This document shows, piece by piece, positions 56,199 through 64,000 of a stretch of DNA of 64,000 nt. The translations under genes were made by a program, and so were the position numbers. The notes under the pieces were generated by a model. That model was given only the letters and a program-made list of their open reading frames with translations. It was not told where the DNA came from and ran no database searches. Each line of letters starts with the position of its first letter. Position 1 is the stretch's first letter. The stretch comes from Auanema rhodensis. Lineage: Eukaryota > Animalia > Nematoda. The DNA lies in contig OZ059894.1 in the NCBI GenBank assembly GCA_964057225.1, positions 10,850,001-10,914,000 on the forward strand, given 5' to 3'.

Positions 56199-58481
56199 CT
56201 AGATCATTTTTTTCAATCTTACTTCTAGTGTTTTGGTAACATGTGCACATGAAGCAGATGATAAGTTGTGAGAGTTAGTTGAAGAATAAATGCTTAATGT
56301 TTTTTCTCCAAATATCTGTAAATCAGTTATGAAGAGTTTTAAATGATATGCAACCTGATATCCAGTCTTGAATGAATTTCGCGTACGAATTACTAAAGCT
56401 ATACCCATGTCTTCCAGTCTTTGATTATACTCCTGATCAGATCCGTTGAAATACCACCCACGAGCACCTACAGTTCTAATGCTCAATATAACTTGATTTG
56501 ATACATACCTGGTATGGGTAGATCTATGCTGGCTGCCTGGCTGAAGACTATATCGCTGGCCGGTGTGTTTTTCTCTAAGTCATAGATCGGTCTCGAAATG
56601 TCACGAATGTTATCCAAATGTTTGATCTAAGCGGTAAAAGTTCGATAATTCAATTATGATTTTTTTTATTCACACTAAGTGGTAAACCTCCGTGTACGCA
56701 TAATATTCTTTCTTCGATGAGTGCACCAAATGGTAAATAGCCACATGCTCTCTGAATTATGTGTTCCACACATTTCGAAACTCTTCGTGTAAATCGTCCC
56801 TGAGAATACTAAAATAGAATTTAAGAAATTGGTCTAACTTGGATATTTATATTATAAACTTCTGTACTCCCGCGAAGAATGTAAACATGCTCTGGCAATT
56901 TTTGCTGAAAGAAAAATTATAAACTTATTAAAATATGTTTCGCAAATAACTTTTAGTGCGAAAATAAGTGCTAGTACTTCCAAAGAATATTCTGAAGATT
57001 CTTCAGTAATACCACCAAGAAACACTACTTTCTGACGTGGAGGCCAACCATTTAACAAAAACCAACGAAAAAGATCTCTGAATGAGAGAAGTGTGTGTAT
57101 TGAACTTTATGAAGTAATACTAACCCATAGTTGCCATCCAAATTCCCATAAATGTAGACATCTCCCGGTAAGTCTATCAATGATGATTCAGATCTCAAAA
57201 TATCTGCGACATTATCAAATAAATCGCCCAGCTATTGAATATATTTATATAAGAAAATAATGCACATATATATATATATATAAATATACCTCACAAGGGT
57301 CAAAGTCGAACCTGAAGGGGCCATGCTCGACAAGACGGGCAACTAGCGAATGATATTGACTGGGAAAATTTCTAATAACCTATAACCAACCCATTTTGTA
57401 AAGAAATGCCCTGATAAAACTTTTAACATACTGGTGCAGGATGTTCAAAATCTTTGCGAAATACAGATACTTCTGGAGAAATTTTTACCGTCTTATTTAT
57501 ATTTTTACGCGAATCATCTCTGATTGTAGCAATCTGTTTACAGTCATATAAAATTATTTTCAAATAAGTTCTCACATTTCCTTTATCAATACGCTTGATA
57601 GTTTCATTCATGGTTCTCAAATCTAGAAAACGAGGACTCAGACCTACTTTATTAGAAATTTGCCGCTCCTAAAATAAATTAATGAAAAACAAAAAAAAAA
57701 TGAATTTTATGTACTTGAAGAGCTGATTGTTTCTCTCGCAAGCAGTGAGCTTTTTCTGCTCTACGTAAACTAGCTGCACGGCGTTCTTTCAATAATCTGA
57801 ATGGTTTGGTAGAGTTTTCAAACCGTTTGAAATTTTATAAACTCATTCATGAAAGGTATCACAGAGGCGACAATTAGAAAGTATATTACTGTAGATGGCC
57901 ATACCCATTCCAGACTAACAGAATGCACTTGGTCATAGACTCTAATCTAATAAGAAAGTTAAAATGATAAAAAGATCAATAATCTTAACTCCTAAAGCTG
58001 TAAAGAGTGAGTTACAAAGATCATATGTACAACAAAAAAGTGAGCCTTTGTAACTTGTTGTCTAAATATATACTTCACAAGCAACTAGTTGATACTATGG
58101 TTACGCTATCATTATGAATAGTAGCCGATGTTAAGTAGTTTTGAAATCCTGTACCACATTTTGTTGGCAATGCCTCAGATGGAAAACAGCCATACATATC
58201 GTTTCTAACACCATTTTCATCAGGGCTATTTGAAATAAATTTTAAAAATTAACTAATTAAACTCTTACGTTTGCACGAGGTGAACACAAACAGGACTACT
58301 TAAATATGAGTTTCTATCATCGCAAGTTATAACTGAGTCCTCACCGTTGTAGCATTTCAACTAAAGCCAATTATTTAAAGTAAAACGCGAAATATCGTAG
58401 ATTACTAAAACTAACGTTGAATGCAATGGTGTTTACAAATACTCCAGAAGCTAGAAATAACGATATCAGGAACAACCGCAT
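56199..58481 (-). CDS. Type I membrane protein: signal peptide + 8-Cys three-finger (Ly6/activin-receptor-like) ectodomain + TM + degenerate PPP-family phosphatase domain
   Basis: One spliced frame: MRLFLISLFLASGVFVNTIAFN|LKCYNGEDSVITC..PVC..YGC..TKC..FCCTYDLCN..|WVWPSTVIYFLIVASVIPFMNE|LLKERRAASLRR..|..ILRSESSLIDLPGDVYIYGNLDGNYG|DLFRWF..GWPP..VVFLGGITEES..SLEVLALIFALK|..HVYILRGSTE..LPFGALIEERILCVHGGLP..LVIRTRN..GY..LSIYSSTN..*. Confidence 0.8.
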
Positions 58482-58834
58482 CCCTGGATGAATTAAATAA
58501 AAATGATTTTTTCCAATGAAACGATTTAAGTCGACAATTATGATAATTACAATCATATAACAGCCTTTGCTACCAAATATCATCATTTGTTCATTATTTT
58601 TACTATATAATATCAGTTTCATATTTTGTTCAGGCTAAGCCTAAAACAAAAGAAATCGTATACTTTAACAGAGGAGTGAAAAGTGAACATCAAAGAGCGC
58701 TAGCTTTCATTCGAGGTTAGCCCTGTTGATATATTGTATATTAGAAAATAAAGACATACAAAAAGGATTCAACTCGTAATTCTTTCGTGGTTTATTAATG
58801 TGGAGATCGGTGCAAAATTTACAACAACTGTCGT

Positions 58835-59350
58835 GGACACATAGGTGAAAAAAATATTTTTTTTTGTATATATATATAGTCATGTGCGATGAAAGTCGGA
58901 CACCCACTAGAAACCCTTATATCTGACAAGACAAACTACAAAAATTCAGAAAAAATATATTTTGGGTGTTAAAAAACGATAATGAATTCAGAAAAAATCT
59001 TAAAAATTTTTTAAATTATGTTTAAAAGTAATTTCTGAAGTCTCCGAAATTTTCATAAACTGCTTGAAGTCTTCTTTCTTGAATTTCAGAAGTTTCATCA
59101 AGGTTTCAGAAATAATTATTTGATAGAATGTTAGGAGTACACTAAACGTCTATTTTTCTTTTAAACGGAAGAATTTGGTTTACGTCAACCAAGTTCTCTT
59201 AACGTAAAATAAATAACGGTAAAATAAGCCAACTTGTAAGCGGAAAGTCGAAAATTGCAAAAAAGGGAAATCTGACTATCCCAAGACTAGAACTCAAAAC
59301 AACAGGAACAGTAACAATAACAAAAAAAAATTTTTTTTCACCTATGTGTC
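58835..59350. repeat. Inverted-repeat pair about 500 bp apart (possible MITE remnant)
   Basis: gacacataggtgaaaaaaa at 58835-58853 is the reverse complement of tttttttcacctatgtgtc at about 59332-59350. Confidence 0.45.
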
Positions 59351-59789
59351 TAAAGGTTAGCCATGTATCCGTTTATATATATATATATCAACAGTAAAAA
59401 GTCCAATCAAGAGAGAAATTTTTTCAACACATAGTTGTATCGGTGCTCACACATGTTAAACACAAAAATAATAAAATTAAATTGATTGGAAGAATTCTTT
59501 TTCAACTTTTTTTTCACATCTAACAATCACTGTTTTTGCTCATAACTTTTTTAATTCGCAATTCGTGATCATATATAACAAGTTTCCATCAATATTGATT
59601 CTTTTAAAATTTTTTTTTCATCAATTTTGTACTTACTTACTTCTCTGAAAAATGTTTTACCATGTATCCATTTGGATACATGTTACCAGTTAAAAGAACC
59701 ATCATGTTGGAATCATCTCAAACTACGTTTTTATAGGTTTTCCAACATGCTGGACACAAATATTACATTTTTAGAGCAATTGGAACAAT

Positions 59790-60560
59790 TCTTTTTTTTT
59801 AACATTCTTTAACATAAGGGTCCCCCCTACCTCCTTACTTACTTTTTTAAATATCATTGTTTTTCCTCATAACTCGGTTTAAACTCGTTCTAACCCGTTG
59901 AAATACGTCTAGAAAGTCTTTATAACATGCATATGTATGATAGAACTTCATATTTATTGTAATAGAAAATTTTATTTTCAGACGTCTTGGTTAACAATGA
60001 TATGTTTTACCCCCTTATAATTTTTATCATAATGTTCCTTATACGGAACGCTCAATGAAACTTGCTTCCAGAAAAATTTCTTTCTATTTTTTCTTCATAT
60101 GTACGTAGATACTATAGAGAACTATGATAGAAAACTTTAACATTCACGAAATCATCATTTCTCATTACGCTACGGAGGTTTAAAAAGCTGTGTTTTACCT
60201 TATAATAGACCGGAAAACCCTTGTGTTAAAACTGGACCGTTTTTACACATATAAAAATGTCCCGTATTCGGGACCCTAATGTAACTTTTGATTCCCTATA
60301 TTTTTTTTCATGAAATTTACAATCTACTGTAGAAAGAAGAATTATTTTTATAAAAACTGTAAATTTTTGAAAAATGAAAACAAAACGAAAACAAAAACAA
60401 CTTTTTTTTGAACATTTTCTCACACAAGGGTCCCCCCTTACCTACTTTTTTTCTCATTACTCGTTTCAACCTCATCCGATCACTCTGCAAACATGTTTAA
60501 TCGTTCTAACTTGTTGAAATACGTCTTAAAAGTCTAAACAACATGCATATGCATAATAGA
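59790..60560. repeat. Two diverged direct repeats of about 160 bp
   Basis: About 59790-59946 and 60400-60560 share aacatt..aagggtcccccct.. and ttctaac..gttgaaatacgtct..aaagtct...aacatgcatatg.at.atagaa. Confidence 0.6.
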
Positions 60561-60597
60561 AACCACCCGAATAGGCCCCCACGCACTAAACGAGATA

Positions 60598-62232
60598 CAG
60601 TAGCGGACAAAAAGATATAGCCTTTCTGAAATTTGTGTTTTTTTCATTCTATTTTTTTCTAACTATCTTGAAAAAAACTAGTTAATGTATTTTCTTTATG
60701 AGAAATGAATATATAAAAGTTATTATTACTCTCAGAACTTCGAAAACTTTTTGTTTTTGTTTTTTAATCTTTTATTGACCATATGCCCTTTAACTCAATG
60801 TAACATGCATATCAACACTAACTAGAATTATTAAAAAAAAAAAATTTCCAAAACTAAATTACATAATGATACTTCATAAAACATTAATGCACTCCTAATA
60901 CTTTGTAGCAAACCCGTTTGCTTCAATCACCGCCCGACAGCGTTGAGGCATTGACTCCAGCAAAGCATCGATTCGATGCTGTGGAATACTTCTCCATGCT
61001 TCTTCCAATTGTGAGAATTTTTCTTCTTCATTTCTTGCATGTCTTCCTGTTAAACATCTGCCGAGCTCTTCCCAAAGATGTTCTATGGGGTTCAAGTCAG
61101 GACTTTGACTTGGCCAGTCCATTCGCTGAAGGTTCTTGTCTTCGAACCACTTTTTCACGTCATGGGAGCGATGTTTCGGATCATTGTCGTCTTGGTAAAT
61201 GAAATGTTGTCCGATGTTTTCTTCAGCATACGGCAACATTGAGTCCTCCAGAATCTTCAAATAGTCGAATCTTGTCATGATTCCTTTAATGTGGACCAGA
61301 GGACCGACTCCATTTGCGGAGAAACAACCCCAGACAAAACAGGAACCTCCGCCATGTTTCACTGTTGGAGTTTGGTACTTCGGGTCATACCGTTTCCCGA
61401 TAGGTCTTCTTATATAGTGTATACCGTCTGTTCCAAACAGGGTATACTTGCTCTCGTCTGAGAAGACGACCTTTTTCCACTGATCCTGTCCCCAACTTAG
61501 ATGCTCACGAGCCCAAAGCACACGGTCTTTACGATTCTTTGCAGAGATGAGCGGCTTTTTCACGGGTCGTCGTCCGTTAAGTCCAGATGCACAGAGACGT
61601 CTTCGAACAGTTCTAACGGACGGTCTCTGGTTTTCTGGAAGCTGTAGATCCACCAGAATCTGTGTTGCATCTTTTCTGGGATCGCTTCTGGAGATCCTGA
61701 TGATGTTTCTGTCGGTTACTCTGTCCGTAACCCGTGGTCGTCCTGTGCTTTTTTTATGAATAAAGCCTCCTTGAACTGTCCACCTTCTTAACATGTTTGT
61801 AACAGTCTTTCTACTGATTCCAAATTGAGCAGCGAGCTGTTGATGCTTCATCCCTTGGCTTCTCCCTCTGATTATCGCATTTTGAACCTCCTCGGACAAG
61901 TTTTTTGAACCTCTTTGTCTTGCCATGCTGAGAAGATGAAAAATTATGTATTTTTTAATGAAATATAGAAAAAAAATGATAAAGACTTAGAAAACTTCAA
62001 AAAAAAACCAAAAAATTATTGTGGTTCAAATTGTGTTTTCAACGTATTTTTAATATGTTTTTAGTTTTTGCTTAATATGGATGTCAACATCTTTCTGAAA
62101 ATATTTTTTTTACATGTTTTTATATTTTAAACATTATTATTATTATTCATCTAAAGTGCAATCAGTTTTGGTAACGATCCAAGAAAGTTATATCAATTTA
62201 CAGAAAAGGCTATATCTTTTTGTCCGCTACTG
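60598..62232 (-). mobile_element. Intact Tc1-family DNA transposon, 1635 bp
   Basis: Perfect 28-bp TIRs CAGTAGCGGACAAAAAGATATAGCCTTT; TA target duplication at 60596-60597 and 62233-62234; single transposase ORF. Confidence 0.97.
60895..61926 (-). CDS. Tc1 transposase, 343 aa, DD34E
   Basis: Paired-like HTH, GRPR, VFSDESKY, TVKHGGGS..VWGCF, DNDPKH...SPDLNPIEHLW. There are 34 residues between the second D and the E (counted). Confidence 0.97.
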   Translation of the reverse strand: MARQRGSKNLSEEVQNAIIRGRSQGMKHQQLAAQFGISRKTVTNMLRRWTVQGGFIHKKSTGRPRVTDRVTDRNIIRISRSDPRKDATQILVDLQLPENQRPSVRTVRRRLCASGLNGRRPVKKPLISAKNRKDRVLWAREHLSWGQDQWKKVVFSDESKYTLFGTDGIHYIRRPIGKRYDPKYQTPTVKHGGGSCFVWGCFSANGVGPLVHIKGIMTRFDYLKILEDSMLPYAEENIGQHFIYQDDNDPKHRSHDVKKWFEDKNLQRMDWPSQSPDLNPIEHLWEELGRCLTGRHARNEEEKFSQLEEAWRSIPQHRIDALLESMPQRCRAVIEANGFATKY

Positions 62233-62242
62233 TATATACATT

Positions 62243-62571
62243 ACCAGTATAGTAATAGAACACATATTGAAGATTAATTCGATAAGAACAATTTATTGAC
62301 GTAGAGAATGTTTGTTCCGAAAAACTACAATATTAAACTATAAAAGTAACAAAAGCGTAGAGGCAGCAAAGACATGAATAAACATAAATGTAAATACAGA
62401 ATTACCAGGTAGTACATAAGTATGACAAAAAATTATAAGAAAGCCATGAAAATAGAAGGTTTGTGAACAAATGAGAGGTACATCTTTGATCGTATAGTCA
62501 TTTCTAAACCGTTCGTATGCTGCAGCATCGTCATAAGCGTCACTCAAGTTGAATTTCCATGTGTACTACAC
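62243..62571 (-). mobile_element. Second, degenerate U2-element junction: element 3' end + U2 nt ~39-78 fragment + start of another element 5' end
   Basis: Minus strand: ttgtagtttttcggaacaaacattctctacgtcAATAAA-ttgttcttatcgaattaatcttcaatatgtgttctatt-actatactggt, matching 62757-62795, 62716-62756 and 63601-63611 respectively. The 5' boundary (GTGTAGTA at 62564-62571) is tentative. Confidence 0.7.
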
Positions 62572-62610
62572 GATTTTCATTCTTATTGTTACATTCTTTC
62601 CCTGAGGGAA

Positions 62611-63700
62611 TGGGCCGTTCCCGCCAGCAGTGCAAGAGCGGGTCGACCCGTGAGGTGGAGCTAGCAAGCCAGCATCTACCTCAAGTCTCAAAAATCGGTT
62701 AACCTTATTGTGAACCAATGGAACACATATCGAAGGTTAATTCGATAAGAACGATTTATTGAAGTAGGAAATGTTTTGCCCCGTAGGACTACAAGTAAAT
62801 ATTATCTAGCACAAGGCTATTAGAGAATGATAAGATACTACCTGCACTAAGTGCGTCGCATCGTAAAGGGAAAAAAAATTAAACAATGGGAGTTTAACAG
62901 CATGAAATTGAGAGAAAAGACATATCCGAGTGTGAATAAAATTACGGGTGAACGGAACATGGAGTACGAGAGACATACAAAACGAGACTAAGTGAAAAGA
63001 AAAAGTCTTGTATCACGTTCATGAAGGTTCGACGGATCCGGTAAGAAGCTGCGGGTTCAGAAGGTCAGCTTTCATCTCGTAGTCGTGGCGCATCAGGAAT
63101 TTGTGAAGCTTTCCGGCTTTGCAGACGGCTGTATTGGTCCTCGTAGGATGGTGGAAGATGTTGTCGCTTAGTGATGTTACACATAAAGATATGCAAAAAT
63201 AGAACAATTCAAAGAAAAAGAGCACAATTAAAACGAGATTTGGAGAGAAGAGAAGTCTTATATCACTTTCGATGGTTCGGAAGCTCCAGTCTGCTGCTGC
63301 GGTTTAGGGGGTGCAACTGGCATGTCGGAGGCGTAGCACATCATAGGTCAAGCTTGCTGGACTCCCGGCTCGGCTGGTGGCTGTGAGTTTTCCTTGTGCT
63401 TGTTCTCGGTGGTGGTCCCTGGGCTGTCTCTTCACCAAAAATTACTATACTAATTGCACATTTCATTTAAACGACCCATTTCAGAAGCTTTAAGAGGAAA
63501 AGCTACAATTAGCATAGGACCGCCTCAAGGCCTGGTGGATCATTCAATTTAGTTTCAATCGCCAAGTATAGCGGCCTGGGCCCTTGGGTCAATTCACTGA
63601 ACCAGTGTAGTATCGATTGTTCAATGGAACACATATCGAAGGTTAATTCGATAAGAACGATTACTACACTTTGATCTTAGCCAAAAGGCCGAGAAGCGAT
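62611..63700 (-). ncRNA. U2: U2 spliceosomal snRNA gene (about 184 nt) split by an 865-bp insertion; probably inactivated
   Basis: 63700-63662 = ATCGCTTCTCGGCCTTTTGGCTAAGATCAAAGTGTAGTA (stem I and branch-point recognition GUAGUA). 62755-62611 continues with GTTCTTATCG.., Sm site GATTTTTG (62689-62696) and stem-loop IV TTGCACT..GGCCCA. Confidence 0.95.
62757..63621 (-). mobile_element. Non-autonomous U2-snRNA-targeted insertion element (Utopia/Keno-like target site), 865 bp
   Basis: Flanked by an exact 41-bp direct repeat (62716-62756 = 63622-63662, U2 nt 39-79); ends in AATAAA at the 3' junction; no RT or endonuclease ORF. Confidence 0.8.
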
Positions 63701-64000
63701 ACAGCATAGCCATGAGTATCAAAGACATCAAGCAAATGTATCGTACTTGTTACGAGTGCACTCTCTCATTTGAATATAAAAGTGTGGTTTGACAATCTTG
63801 ACTGTACAGGTCATAAATGGCTCATATAAACTGTGGATTTACTCAACTTTTGGACTTATTTTTTTCTTATTCGAAGCGCTGCACTTTTTTCTATTCTTTT
63901 TATTCAAATACTTGTATATAGTTTTATATGTACGGTTGCAAAGTTTCCGAATATTTTATATATTTTTATACAATAATTAGGAGAAGGTTAATACAATGAA

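Noticed and set aside
60918-61759. Plus-strand ORFs inside Tc1
   Set aside because: Antisense to the transposase, with no independent support.
62757-63621. Spliceosomal intron within U2 (as known in some fungi)
   Set aside because: The insert lacks GT..AG ends at the junctions, is flanked by a 41-bp duplication and ends in AATAAA, which fits retrotransposition better.

Overview
AT-rich eukaryotic genomic DNA with many very short (mostly 40-55 nt) introns and TTTCAG-type acceptors, most consistent with a rhabditid (clade V-like) nematode. I assembled the gene models by hand from splice signals, because the ORF track catches only exon fragments. Left to right: the 3' end of a Cys-rich (lustrin/WR1-like) gene; three tandem Gly/Tyr-rich secreted peptide genes (one NLP-29-like, one caenacin-like) with a deleted Tc1 relic among them; a head-to-head pair of Kunitz genes; an SDR dehydrogenase; an unknown gene with a duplicated aromatic motif and a large 5' region; YIPF4 divergent from tmed-10 and RNF207; an acidic CaaX protein; a hypothetical gene; an annexin; a GNAT-like gene; cul-5; a DCAF5-like WD40 gene; pyc-1; a gene with signal peptide + three-finger ectodomain + TM helix + degenerate PPP phosphatase domain; an intact Tc1 (DD34E) transposon; and a U2 snRNA gene interrupted by an 865-bp insert. 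Two observations stand out. (1) The receptor-type pseudophosphatase has a TGF-beta-receptor-like layout with a dead Ser/Thr phosphatase fold in place of the kinase. (2) The non-autonomous U2-targeted element has a 41-bp target duplication, an antisense copy of its own target at its 5' end, a covarying UNCG hairpin at its 3' end, and a second degenerate junction nearby.
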